From assembly GCF_035084215.1 (NCBI RefSeq), contig NC_090356.1, positions 10,292,001 through 10,356,000 of the forward strand: 64,000 nt of DNA, written 5' to 3'. The translations under genes and the position numbers were made by a program. This document shows, piece by piece, positions 38,708-51,902 of this stretch. Under the pieces are notes generated by a model that ran no database searches, was not told the DNA's origin, and worked only from the letters and a program-made list of their open reading frames with translations. Each line of letters opens with the position of its first letter. Position 1 is the first letter of the stretch. Source of the stretch: Heptranchias perlo (lineage: Eukaryota).

Positions 38708-41254
38708 ACACATGCATACATATACACCCATCCACCCATACATGGATTTAGTTTTAAGTCCTTTCCTTTTTTAAGGTGTTACATAACAAAATGTTATACA
38801 AGATATACCAGGTTATAACCAGATGCTGGGTGTTTAGATGCACTGAAGTGGGACGGGCTGATGGGATTTAGCAGATCGTGGTACTGGGCTTTGGCAGTTC
38901 TGGGGCAACAGTTCTGGTATTTGGCAGCACAGGGGTGGTGGGTCCTGGAGTTTGGTGTGGGTGGGGTAGGATTGTCTTGGTTTTGCAACACTGTGGAGGG
39001 GAAACAGAGGTCCGGCAGTAATGTTTTGTAAGCTTCCAATAGGTCTTTGCAGATAGTGAATGAATTTTTTTTTTGATTGATTGCTGGAAAAATACGGTTT
39101 TCGTCAGATATCAGAGCTGCACAAATAAGCAAAGATCCTATCACTGTGTCTTTACCTCTCTGCAATAGTAAATAACAATGGCGGCTTTAAATTATTTTTA
39201 TTTTCAATCAGTAAAATTCAGGTAGCAATTTTTGTATCTCTTCGAAAGGGACAGGTTTTGCAACCAATGATCCTTGTAGATGACCAGTCTTCCTGTCAAT
39301 CACAAACACTCCCAGAAATTACCTCAAAAAATATTCACCCCAGATAAGAGTTCCAAAGCATTTTTTTGGAATTATAAACCTGAGAAATGGGTTACATTTG
39401 TTCTCAAGTTAATTATACAAAAGAAACATATTAAACATGTTCCAGGATTTTCCGCTCTACAGCAGCTCTATAAACAAATCTCATGTAAACAATAGGACTG
39501 TCTCTCTTTCAGTTTGACATGCTTCCTGAAGTAAAAAAAGTTGACAACTTTTATTTATAAGATTAGATGAAACCCTACTCAAATTTATTGTCCAGTTGAA
39601 TTCAAATCATTTTCAACAACTATACAAACTGAAATGCAGAGCCACTATGTTACCAGAAAATGAATCGATGGTTCATTATTCAAACAGAAACTGCCGTAGA
39701 TGTACAATTAGTATGGGCGGTCATGAAGTGGGTCTCTGCGTATTTCTGTTTTTTTCTCTTTTGCTCTTAACACAGAGGTTATGTGTGTGTTTTGTGCTTA
39801 TGTTTTAAAAAGACAGTTTAAACTTTACCTGAATAAAACTTCAGATGCATCCTCTACATTTTTTTTTTCAAATAATTTTGAAAAACAACCAAACAGACAT
39901 CATTAAAGATGAAGAGAAACATTGCACCAGACTAAACTCTACAGATGCTCATTGGGAACTCTCAAGACTGCAGACCTGTCGTCAGCTAACAATCTGCTTT
40001 GCACAAATTGGCTACCACGTTTGGGTACAAAACACCTTCAAAAGCAATTCAGTAGCTGAGAATATGAGGGGCTTCATAAATTTCTAGAAGAGACACAGCT
40101 CTGGGCAAAAATATCATGTCCAAACTGAGACTTTAGGGATAGGCGGAGACCTTCCAGTAGAAACATTAATGAAGGTATTCAAAAATACAAGAGGCAACTT
40201 TGTTAAATTTAATCATGTTATTGTGAAATATGTAATTTTATCAAGTCTTTACAAACCTTATTTTGGACATTAGAAAATTCAGTTACTGAGAAAAGAAATG
40301 GTGGCTGAAAATGTTTTCCAAGAAAGTTTTGAATGATTTGATTGGATCATCTTCTCCTTCCTTTGGATTCTTCTGATTGATCACAGGATTGATGCTTTCA
40401 TATATCCTTAGTAGCTGCTTACTGGTAGTTTTCTAACCACTTTCCTCACTTCTGATTCCTATCTTCCCTACCTCTTCAGTTCTGATTTGCTGTTATTTTA
40501 CTTTGAGCCAATCAACAAAATGTGACAGTAAAAGTGCGCTGGGTGGAGGTGAAAGTGCCAATCTGTCGTGGCAAAAGTGTAACATAACAGTGAAACAATG
40601 ATGTGACAGGATTTAAGTGTTACACAACCGGATTTGTATACAGGCACAAGATTTTCAATATATTAAATTAATTTGCTCTGCCTATTTATTGCTGTCAGGT
40701 GCATTAGTTTTCGGAAGTGCAACTCATTTCAAGAGGAAGAAGCATTTCTGCCCATTTTATTAAATAGCAAAGGAGCCAGAAGTAGTTTAAAATGAAATTA
40801 ATGCAATAAATTTAGAAAGGGCAGGAATGTGAGGATCTACGTGTTTTACAGACAATGATATAGTTCTATTTTATTTGTTTTGGTTCAGTGTTGAGGTTCA
40901 CAGCAGGTATTAGTGAATTGATCTGTGCTTCGGGCAGTGAACGCTGCTGGTGATACTATTTATATTATTTTTGCCACGTGCTGTTGGAAGCAGCCCAGGT
41001 TTTGACAGTGCCGAAACAAACTATCTTTAAATTACAGTAAATTAATTTTGAGTGACTTAATATAAAGTACAATGTATTGGGAGTTACTATAAAAGTAACT
41101 TGCTGCAGTTTCATTTCACATGCTGTAAAGTACAACGGGAAAAAAAACATTAATTTCTTTGCTACCTCTGAGGCTCTTCCATTTTTATGGAGGTTCCTGG
41201 CCGACCTGTTGGAATTCTCTGCCTCCATAAATCGTTTCCGCCTCCATCTCTCTC

Positions 41255-41430
41255 CCAACACTTAAAGGCCTCCTTAAAGCCCATCTTTTCAACCAAGCTT
41301 TTGTTCACCTTTCTTAACTCTCCCAACATTGCTCGGCGTTCATTCCTTTATTTTTTAAATTTTTCTCCGTAAATTATCTTGGGACATTTTTCTTCATTAA
41401 CGATGCAATATAGATGCAAGTTGTTGTTGC
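41255..41430 (+). mobile_element. L2 3' tail fragment
   Basis: CCTCCTTAAAGCCCATCTTTT...CTTGGGACATTTT...ATATAGATGCAAGTTGTTGTTG. Confidence 0.65.
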
Positions 41431-41864
41431 ATTCAAATTTCATTTGGTTGCAACTTGTGAAAATGGGTAGGGAAGTATTCAAGGAGGCTCAGCCATGCAA
41501 CAAAGTATTGGACACAGCTTGCACTGAGGCTTCGGCACCAGTTCTAGCAGTAGGCCTCACAGGGAAAATGTTTTCAACGGATTTAATACACTGTTCAAAT
41601 AAGCATGAGTGGCAAAATGAATTTTATTTAGAACTGGTTAACTTTTAATCAGCTTGCTTAATATAATTGTTAGTTTTTAAAAACAGTAAATTTCCTCATT
41701 GTGCTTTCTTAGTATCATGAAAATTAAGAAATGTGTACTGCAAGCCAATCAGATGTATGAGAAATATATTTGCCCACAGTTAAATATGAGAGAGAAAAAA
41801 GTGTGACACAGAAAGTGTTATGTGATGGACAAGAAATGCATGCACTTGTACCTTTTTATATGAT

Positions 41865-41973
41865 AGCTTGCAGGGCTATGGGGAAAGGGACTAATTGGAG
41901 AGCTCCATCAAAGAGTTGGCACAGGAATGATGGGCCGAATGGCCGCCTTCTGTGCTGTCTCATTCTATGATTC
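41865..41973 (+). mobile_element. CR1 3' UTR fragment
   Basis: GCAGGGCTATGGGGAAAG...GATGGGCCGAATGGCCGCCTTCTGTGCTGT...TTCTATGATTCT. Confidence 0.75.
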
Positions 41974-42935
41974 TCTCATGGTGTTGCTCAAGGTGAGTCA
42001 ATGGTTACACTTTGCAAGGGGGAGTTACGAGGGTGAGGAAGAGGGGAGGGGTACTCAAAAGTGAAAGAATTCGGAAGGAAGTACTTCGGACTTCTGCCCA
42101 GAGATCGCAACAGAACCAACTGTTCTTTTTGATTGGTTCTTGGAAACTAAATTAGAGTTTCCCACAACCCGCAACTGTTAAGCAGCTGGCACCGCTACAT
42201 AATTAAAACTTTCTGCAAACAATTATTGTTTTTGAATTCTCAGTACAAACAAAATAAACTACTAGTGATCTAATCATCTTAGTCACTTCCCTCTTCAATT
42301 CCTCCCTCACACCGCATTCCCCCCCATCCCCCGCACCGATATGATCTTTCTTTGAAGTAAAAAAATAAGCACTGGACAATAGTTTTCCTGCCAAATATCA
42401 AAAAGCTACCAAAAATCACCTTCGAGATCCTTTTCAGATCATTTGGAAAAATAAACTAAAATATTGTTACAGCCTGAAAAAAGACAAACTTCAACACCGA
42501 GAAAAATAAATAACCTTTCTATAAAGTCAAATGAATCAACTTGCGGCAAGAAATTTATAACCGAGAATGTGTGGCACCCGAAATGCGAGTGATAGAAAGT
42601 GCATACTGATACACCAAAAGATATAAAATCTATAAATTGGCACTTCAATGGATAGATGCATCATGCAGTGTGTTACTGAGTAAAACAGGAGAGCTCTGTC
42701 CCTGGTTACATTTTCTTAGCTGGTTTGATTGTGCTACAAATGGTAAATTTACCAACTCTACCACATTGGCATGAGCCTCACACAAGATCAATATTGACCC
42801 TCCAGCCTCCTGCTTAGGGTTAGGAACTCAATCTTCTTCAAACTGCCAGCTTACCTACACAACTCCGTATCAGCAACCTAGGAAGTACACTTAACATTGA
42901 AAGTACGACCTACAACAGTCTTGTTGAAATGACTG

Positions 42936-44715
42936 CAACAATAACAACTTGCATTTATACTGCGCTTTTATTATAGAAAAAAGGACACAGCGTAATTAGA
43001 TAAAAAAACAACACTGAGCCAAAAAAGGAGATATTAGATGGGGATATTAAATGCTTGGTCAAAGAGTTGGGTTTTAAGGAGGGTCTTAAATAAGGAGAGA
43101 GGTGGAGAGGTTTATGAAAGGAATTCTAGAGCTTAGGGCCTTGACGCCTGAAGGCACAGCCAGCAACAATGGGGAGATGGGAGAGGGGGATCCACATGAG
43201 GCTGGAGTTGGAGAAACACAGAGTTCTCAGAAAGCTATAGGGCTGGAGAAGGTTACAGAGATAGGGCGAGGCAAGGCCATAGGTGGATCTGAAGACAAGG
43301 AAGAACATTTTGAATTTGAAGTGCTGGGGGACCAGGAGCCAATGTAGATCAGGGAGCACAGGGGTGATAGGTGAGCAGAACTAGGATATGGGCAGCAGAG
43401 TTTTGGATGAGCTTAATTTTAAGGAGGGTGGAACATGGGAAGCCAGCCAGAATAGCCCTGGAATAGTTGATATTGGGGGTGACAAAGGCATGGATGAGGA
43501 TTTCTGCAGCACATGGACCAAGGCAGAGGCAGATGGTGTTACGGTGGTGGAAGTAAGCGGTCTATGTTATGGAGGGTATATGTGGTCAGAAATTCAGCTT
43601 GGGGTCAAACGGGACACAGAGGTGGCAGTCTGGTTCAACCTGAGACGGTAGCCGGGGACGGGGATGGAATCAGTAGCAAGAGTACGGAATTTGTGGCGGG
43701 GGCCGATGACAATAGCTTCGGTCTTCCCAATGTTTAACTGGAGAAAATTGCGGCTCATCCAGGGCTGGATGTCAAAGAAGCAGGCTGACAACAGAGGCAG
43801 TGGGGGGGGCAAGAGAGGTGATGGAAAGGTAGAGCTGAATGTCATCAGCGTACACGGTGGAAACTGACGTCATGTCTGTGGGTGATGTTGCCAAGGGGAA
43901 GTATGCAGGCAAAGAAGAGGAACAGGCCAAGATAGATCCTTGAGGAACTCCAGAGGTAATGGTGTGGAGAAGGAAGAGAAGCCATTGCTGGAGATGCTCT
44001 GGCTACGAATGGATAGGTAAGAGGGGAACCAGCAAGGGCGGTCCCATTCAGCTAGACAATGGAAGTAAGGCATTGGAGGAGGATGGTGTGGTCGACTGTG
44101 TCAAAGGCTGCAGAAAGGTTGAGAAGAACGAGGAGGGATAGTCCATCATGATCACAGTCACAAGGACATCATTTATGATTTTGACTGGGGTCATTTCAGT
44201 GCTGGGAATGGGCTGGAAACCAGATTTCTGAGATTCAAACATGGAGCTGCGGGAAAGATGGGAATGAATTTGGGAGGTGACAACATTATCAACGACTGGA
44301 GAGGAAAGGGAGGCAGGAGATAGGGCAGTAGTTTGCAAGAAAGAGGGGTCATTGGTGGGGTTTTTTTTGAGGAGGGGGAGTGATGATGGTGGTTTTGAAA
44401 AGGAGGAGGGCAGTCCCTGAAAAGAGGGAACCATTTAAAATCTCAGCCAGCATGGGGGCCAGGCAGGGAAGTTGAGCGGTCAGCAGTTTTACAGGAATGG
44501 AGTGAAGAGAGCAGGAGGTGGGTCTTTTGGACAAGGTGAACTTAGAAAGGGCATATGGGAAGATACCAGAATAAGATGAGGATTCAGGGTTAGGGCAGGG
44601 GGCAATTCCAGGAAAGATTTGGCTTGGTGGGCACTGGTAAATGTTATGCTTGGCCAGGACCGTTCTGGGGAAGGGATGGAGGAGAGGATGACTGCCAATG
44701 GTCAAGAGTTGCCAA
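42936..44715 (-). mobile_element. L2-clade LINE, 5'-truncated and decayed
   Basis: Fragments SCSLHSIPVKLL, QKSGFQPIPSTE, DIQPWMSRNFLQLNIGKTEAIVIG, LHWLLVPQHFKFK...GLASPYL; tail GTATAAATGCAAGTTGTTATTGTTG. Confidence 0.88.
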
Positions 44716-44744
44716 ATAAAAATTACCACCATTGATGATTAATC

Positions 44745-45135
44745 TTGGTTTCCTATTCTGTCGTCAATAATCTCAATTTTTAACATCCTAATAGATCCCA
44801 ATACATTTCGCTTTGACCATAAGCTTTATATGAAGGACCTTATAAAAATACTTCTTGAAAGTCAAAGCATGCTATCCACCGAGTTACCATCATTCATCCA
44901 CAATGGTACATCTTCAAAATAACTGCAAAAAATTTCACCCGAGCCTGCCTTTCATAAATCCAGGTTGGCTCTGATTTACTACCTTTACTCCAAATAATGC
45001 TTTTCAAATATATATATTCTCACCATCTATGTCAAGCGAAGTCCTGTAACTCCCTGGATTTTGCTTCTGACCTTTTAAAGCTGAGATCACATTAACTATC
45101 TTACAGTCTTGCTGTATCACCCTTATGTTCAATGA
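44745..45135 (-). mobile_element. Very old CR1-like RT fragment
   Basis: Decayed reverse complements of the DFQ...DKV, GFMKG and YRxSLT motifs (CTTGAAAGTCAA, CCTGCCTTTCATAAATCC, CCTGTAACTCCCTGG). Confidence 0.5.
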
Positions 45136-45999
45136 GACAGTTTAAGTTCAACAGTTTAAGTGCACTCCTTACTCTATTTTAAGAAGCATTTGATATGGGC
45201 CAGGTCCTACGAACTTCAAGTACTCCAGTTTCTTAACAATAATTTCATTACCGACCACTATATTTTCCAAAACTGATGAATTCTTCCATTAATTTTGGGA
45301 ATACTACCAGCATCTTTTATAAAGGGGGGGTGGGGGGGGGGGGGTGCGCATGCGCAAGCACACATCTGTGTGTATGTGCAAGCAACAGAAAGAGAACCAT
45401 GCATAAAAGCCCAACTTTACTCTCCCATTATCAAATCTCCATCAGCTGTAAATGACTGCACTTTCTTCACTATTTGGATTGCAACAAACATTGTCAACTA
45501 GTCTCTTCATTTCCTCCAAAGTTTGTTGCAATTTATTTTAAGTTCTCTTAATTTTAGAATATCTTGTACTAATTTCCAATCTTCCTCCTTATCCATTTTT
45601 AAATCATTTCAAAACATTTTTCTTTTTCCTTCATGCTTATTCTAACCCCTGCATTAGATCTACATTTTGGATATTTGGTGTGCTGATAGTAAGCCATACA
45701 AGCCGTATAATGGGGAAGCTTAGTGTCATGCGTGAATACAATTTATGATCCATAGAGCCAATCATTCTGATACCTGCCTCTGGAGGGAGGGGGTTACATA
45801 ACAATTTGACTTGTTGCCTACTGAAGACAATAAATGGGACAATGAATGAATTTACCAGAGAAGGAAAATGAAGAATTAAATATCACTTTGAAGCCTCTGC
45901 AAAACATTTAGCTACTTAATTGTATTAAGCCAAGTGTGTGGATGGATACTACTATGTTTCCTTAGTTGGACTGTACACTAACTTAACAGAAAATGCAGA

Positions 46000-46600
46000 G
46001 CACTCATCAGCTGACAATGATTGAAAAGCATTTCTGGAAAAGGAAAGATTATCTGCAAAAGCAAGCAGCTTCAACCTACATGGCTGTGGTCGTTTCTAGA
46101 ACAAGACCTGCTGATTCATGCATGAATGATGATGGATTCAGTGTCCAACCTGAAGTAATGGACGACGGCAGGTCAACACAATTTCTCCATTTATACCTAT
46201 GAAGAAGAACCTCAAGTCCGTCCATAGTTTGAGTCTCATCATTCTCGTCTTAAATGACCTGGTGAACGTCATCAAAAGTGGCAAGTCTCTTGCTGATGAT
46301 AGCACCCTCTGCAAAGTTCTTAGTCATCACTCCCTTTCTGAAAGGAAACCAGCAACCAAATCACGGCAAGCACAAAGACAGAACTGGACAGTGAGCATCA
46401 AGTCAATAACCATCAAAAAAAAAGGCTGACCAAGTTGCTGCCAACTCACATCTATCCTAAAGATGGAAAACTATCTTCAATTACAAACATTCAGATCCAT
46501 ATTTAATTTTATTTAACACAGACAAAGAAGTGGTGAATCTGGCTAAAAAGCTGGAAGAAAAGTGAAAATCCTCAAGAAGGCTGAACCCCACAGGTCACTA
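46000..46600 (+). mobile_element. Very old LINE RT fragment
   Basis: ORF 46199-46429 contains ILVLNDLVNVIKSGKSLADDSTL, resembling F.IFINDL...YADD. Confidence 0.5.
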
Positions 46601-46609
46601 TTAACAACT

Positions 46610-48345
46610 TTAGGAACAGGAGTAGGCCATTTAGCCCCTCAAGCCTCTTCCGCCATTCAATGAGACCATGGCTGATCTGTGACCTAACTCCATATACCCG
46701 CCTTAGCTCCATATCCCTTAATACCTTTGGTTAACAAAAATCTGATCAATCCCAAATTTAAAATTAACAATTGAGCTAGCATCAACTGCCGTTTGCAGAA
46801 GACAGTTCAAAATTTCTACCACCCGTTGCATGTAGAACGGTTTCCGAATTTCACTCCTGAAAGTCCTGGCTAATTTTTAGGCTATGTCCCCCAGTCCTAG
46901 ACTCCCCAACCATCAGAAATAGTTTCTCTCCATCTACCCTATCAGTTCCCTTAATATCTTGAAAACTTCAGTCAAATCACCCCATAAATCTTCTAAATTC
47001 CAGGGAATACAACCCTAGTTTGTGTAATCTCTCCTCGTAATTTAACCCTAGGAGTCCAGGTATCTTTCTAGTAAATCTACTCTGCACTCCCTCCAAGGCC
47101 AATATATCCATCCCAAGGTGCAGTGCCCAGAACTGAACACAGTACTCCAGGTGTGGTCCAACCAGGGCTTTGTATAGCTGTAGCATAACTTCGATCCCCT
47201 TACATTCAAGTCCTCTAGGTTAGGGTTAGGGTTAGAGACATAAGGATCCATGACATATTAATGATCTATGTACATGGACCCTTATGTCTCTTTGGACCTC
47301 CACTGTTTCAAGCTTCTCACCATTTAGAAAGTACTCTGGTCTTTCCTTTATAGGTCCAAAGTGGATGACCTCATACTTGCCTACATTGAAATCCATTTGT
47401 CACATTTTGTCCATTCACTTAATCTATTAATATCTCTCTGTAATTTTATGCTTCCATCTACAATGTTGCCTATCTTTATGTCATGGGCAAACTTGGATAT
47501 GTGGCTCTCTATCCCGTCATCCAAGTCATTAATAAATACAGTGAATAGTTGAGGCCCAAACACAGATCCCTGTGGGATACCACTAGTCACATCCTGCCAA
47601 TTTGCAAACCTGCCCATTATCCCTAATCTCTGTCTCCTGCCACTCAGCCAACTTCCTAACCAGGTCAATAATTTGCCCTTAATTCCATGAGCTTCAACTT
47701 TAGCTAACAATCATTTATGAGGGACTTTATCGAATGCCTTCTGAAAGTCCATATAAACAACATCCATAGACATTCCCCTGTCCACCTCTTCAAAAAATTC
47801 AATCAGGTTCGCCAGGCATGACCTACCCTTTCCAAATCCATGCTGGTGCTCTCTGATCAGCTGAAAATTTTCAAGATGTTCAGTCACTCTATTCTTCTTA
47901 ATAGACTCTAGTAATTTCCCGACAACCGATGTTAAGCTAACTGGTCTATAATTCCCTGGTTTTCCTCTCAACTTTCTTAAATAGCAGAGCGACATGTGCA
48001 AATTTCCAATCTAAAGGAACGGTCCCTGAATCGAGAGAACTTTGAAAGATTATAGTTAGGGCATCTGCAATGTTCTCACCTACTTCCTTTAAAACCCTGG
48101 GATTGAAACCATCTAGTCCTGGGGATGTGTCACTCTTAAGTGCCATTATTTTCTTCGTTACAGTTAATTTGCTTACGTTAATTATGATTAGACCCCATCC
48201 CTGATTCAAAATTAGTTTTCTTGGGGCGTCCAGCATGCTATCCTCTTCCTCGACTGTAAATACTGATGCTATGTAATTATTTAACATGTCTGCCATTTCC
48301 TTCTTTTCATTTACAATATTATCAGTTTTTAAGGGGCCCACACTG
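46610..48345 (-). mobile_element. 5'-truncated CR1 LINE (RT region and 3' UTR), decayed
   Basis: ORF fragments SPGLDGFNPRVLKE, NYRPVSLTSVVGKLLE, DFQKAFDKVPH, SGIPQGSVFGP, KFAHD, LYKALVGPHLEYCVQFW; CR1 3' end at about 46610. Confidence 0.92.
47218..47235 (+). repeat. Short interstitial telomeric repeat (GGTTAG)3 inside CR1
   Basis: Exact GGTTAGGGTTAGGGTTAG, followed by a 12-bp inverted copy of 47280-47291. Confidence 0.85.
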
Positions 48346-48439
48346 CTCTTTATTGTTCTACAAAGTCTACGTGCATACAGTGATCAAATATTGTATCTTA
48401 TCTGACCGACGGCAAAGAAACACCGTCTTTTGCTTTGTA

Positions 48440-48780
48440 GAATTTCATAGAAATTACAACATGAGAAAGGATAGTCGACCCAACCAGTCTGTGTTTATCC
48501 TGCACATGAGCAATAGTCTTAATCTCATGTGCCCACCCTGTTCCCATCTCCCTTTATTTCCCCTTTCCTTCAACCACCTATGTAACCTATTCTTCAATTT
48601 GACATGGTCTCTGCTTCAATCACTAACTCCGGTACTGCTTTCCGCAACCAAACAACCTTCTGTGTGAAAGCTTCTCCTGCTCTCTGTCCAAAATCTCTTG
48701 CATTTGAATCTCTTACATCTATGTCCCCTCATGCCAAACAAATGCAGCACTGAACACAGACTGTTTCTATCTACTATGTG
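48440..48780 (-). mobile_element. Old CR1 3' fragment
   Basis: CATAGAAATTACAACA...AACCTTCTGTGTGAA...CTGTTTCTATCTAC, similar to the CR1 3' ends above. Confidence 0.6.
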
Positions 48781-51446
48781 CCAGGAGACTTGATGAGATA
48801 GTCCATTTCATGCTAAAACCCATCCTCTATAAAACTGAAGAGATGCAGGCGGGCCTGTCAGGCTGCTGCAAGAATGTGACGAGAACAGCATCACAAGACC
48901 TTCTTGTGCTTGAACCAGATCTCTGTGTTTTTGCCAGGAGCACAACAGCTGACATGTCTTCACCTCAACATTCTGAATCAATCCAAAGCCCACGGATAGT
49001 CCTAACTGTTAATTGTATCCATATGATTTATATCAATTAGTGTTAATTGTATTTAGGTGGTGCATATCAATTAGGGAACTCTCCTATCCATTTGCAAGAG
49101 AGCTTACCGAGGGTGTGATGTGGGTAATGTGGATCTCTGTGAATAAAGGATTAGAAGCCACTGAAGATCAGGCTCTAGTATTCTATCCTTCACCACCAAT
49201 TTATTACACTAACACCCAGAATTCCAAACCTTACCAGCAGAAATGTAAATGCAGAGATCGTTTGCTGGACCATGGTTGCATTTGGCCTGGACAAATCTAT
49301 GATTTACCCACCAATACTCCAATTTAATTTAACCCAACTCTTTGTGGTTCCAGGAACCACCAGAGTCAGATTCATAAGGTATCTGTCCTGGTTATGGTTA
49401 TCGCCAGCTCCACCCTGTTATCCCACCGAGTAAAAAAAAACAGAGTTCTCAGAATAACCAGCTGAGCCAATGCCATATTTATGAATTTTATAGAGTGAGA
49501 GGAGAAACCTTATGACCGAGATGTGTTTTTGATCGTCTAGTCAGGTGCACAAGTTAAATTAAACCCAGAAGAGTCAGTGGTCAAACAAATGAAACCATTT
49601 GAGCAAGATTTATTGTTTATATTGAAAGCACTTCAGTTTTGACATTTTTCTTCAATTGGTACAGTACTAAAGAGTCTAAGGAGCATGCAACTTGAAGCTG
49701 GTTTTAAAATTGGTTAGTACAGAATCACAGGATAAAATTACACAGACTAATTATAGTTCCTGGAATTTGTTGAATTACAGTATTCGAATTGTACCACTTG
49801 GACCTGAACTACATCATCATAAAAGAACCAGCCCTGTTCAGCAAAACAACATCATCCAATAATCACAAAAATGGTTTAAACAGAAGAGATCTTCTGCGTA
49901 GGCTTGTGTTATTACCAAAATAAAATGTGAGCATGACATGCTTAAATACCATATTAGCTACACTAAAGAATAGCTTCATTATGTTAACCCCTGGGGTATC
50001 TTAACTGTAGAGCAGACTTCATCCAAACCTTAAATTACAAAAACCAATGAATAAAACCAAACAAGAGTATTCTTGTTTGCAGCAATGTGATGTACGACAT
50101 CTTGTATGGCTAGATGACATCTTATCTGCGTTATGCGATTAAATATTTTCAGTCTTTTGATATTTCTGACATTTTAATGGTTTGGTGGGCTGAGCCGAAA
50201 AGGACGGGAACATGACTGAACTGCAAATATGTTTCTATTTTACATTTCAAATAGCACAGAAAACTGAAGATTTAGGTGCTAATGAATGGGAATGTGTGCA
50301 TTTTAAATACACCAGAGACAATTCCAGCATGCAGCAAAACAGTAGAGTGAAACAGATCCTGTGAGTGGAAGTCTAGACATACACACATTGGTCTATTATT
50401 AGAATGATGCATGTATTCATTTTTCTTTGACAAAATATATTTTTGTTATCATTCATTATTTGGTTTACTTCACTGTGGTGACAGTTGAGTCATAGAATGG
50501 AAGTTTCTGTTGCAAGATCAAATCAAGCATTTACTGTGGGGTTTTAAACATTTTACAATTATATACATATACATTTTATAATGCTATAATAATTATGCTA
50601 ACCAATAGCCTAATTTTAAATTAGTAGCCAAACAAACAATCTAAAGCAACTGTCGTCCTTTCCTAATGATTGTCTCACCTCTTTCCCAACAAAAGAGGCA
50701 ATCTACCTATATTAAAAGTGTAGTGTGTAACGCACACTTCTTGTAGGTGTCACACTCACTCAAACACTTTTCCAATTACTCTTTGTTCATTTGATGGAGC
50801 AGCATTCAACTTATTCCATCACTGTAAATCAGTAGTCCTGATAATACATTGTGCATTACATAGCACAACATCCCTGTTGTTACAAAACTGTGTATCCTCC
50901 AACTCACCATGAATGATTGTAAACAATTTTACAACACCAAGTTATAGTCCAACGATTTTATTTGAAATCTACAAGCTTTCGGAGGCTTCCTCCTTCCTCA
51001 GGTAAATGCGAGGAACTCCTCGAAGCCTACGCATTTATAAATCACAGAACAATACATGGTGATTACAGACAGCCTTTGCAACTGCCTGTTGCCAAGGCAA
51101 TCACCGTGTTCAGACAGAGAGGTGTTACCTACAGAACCCCCGAATATACATTCAACAAAAAAAACAAACAGGAAAAAAAAAAGAGAGAGAGAGAGGCAGA
51201 AACATCCGGAAGGCAGAGAAAGCCAGCAAATGACCCGTTAGATTCAAAACAGATAGCTTTTGTTCGCTGGTGGGCTTACGTGTAGCGTGACATGAACCCA
51301 AGATCCCGGTTGAGGCCGTCCTCATGGGTGCGGAACTTGGCTATCAATTTCTGCTCGACGATTTTGCGTTGTCGTGTATCTCGAAGGCCGCCTTGGAGTA
51401 CACTTACCCGAAGGTCGTGGCTGAATGTCCCTGACTGCTGAAGGAT

Positions 51447-51596
51447 TCAGCCACCGACCTTCGGGTAAGCGTACTCCAAGGCGGCCTTCGAGACACACGA
51501 CAACGTAAAATCATCGAGCAGAAATTGATAGCCAAGTTCCGCACCCATGAGGACGGCCTCAACCGGGATCTTGGGTTCATGTCACGCTACACGTAA
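51447..51596 (+). pseudogene. C-terminal fragment of PLE ORF (GIY-YIG endonuclease end)
   Basis: Hand translation SATDLRVSVLQGGLRDTRQRKIIEQKLIAKFRTHEDGLNRDLGFMSRYT*. The R..E..I..F.T...GLN.D pattern is typical of PLE GIY-YIG C-termini. A mirror copy at about 51276-51442 (-) adds FSSQGH and has a 1-nt deletion. Confidence 0.85.
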
Positions 51597-51861
51597 GCCC
51601 ACCAGCGAACAAAAGCTATCTGTTTTTAATATAACGGGTCATTTGCTGGCTTTCTCTGCCTTCCGGATGTTTCTGCCTCTCTCTCTCTGTTTTTTTTTTC
51701 CTGCTTTTTTTTGTTGAATGTATATTCGGGGGTTCTGTAGGTAACACCTCTCTGTCTGAACACGGTGATTGCCTTGGCAACGGGCAGTTGCAAAGGCTGT
51801 CTGTAATCACCATGTATTGTTCTGTGATTTATAAATGCGTAGGCTTCGAGGAGTTCCTGAC

Positions 51862-51902
51862 ATTTACCTGAAGAAGGAGGAAGCCTCCGAAAGCTTGTAG
51901 AT
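51862..51902 (+). ncRNA. Minimal hammerhead motif (variant subfamily); mirror copy near 50966-51006 (-)
   Basis: AUUUAC-CUGAAGA-A-GGAGG(AAG)CCUCC-GAAA-GCUU-GUAGAU. Stem I has a U-A pair where the other copies have C-G. Confidence 0.75.
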
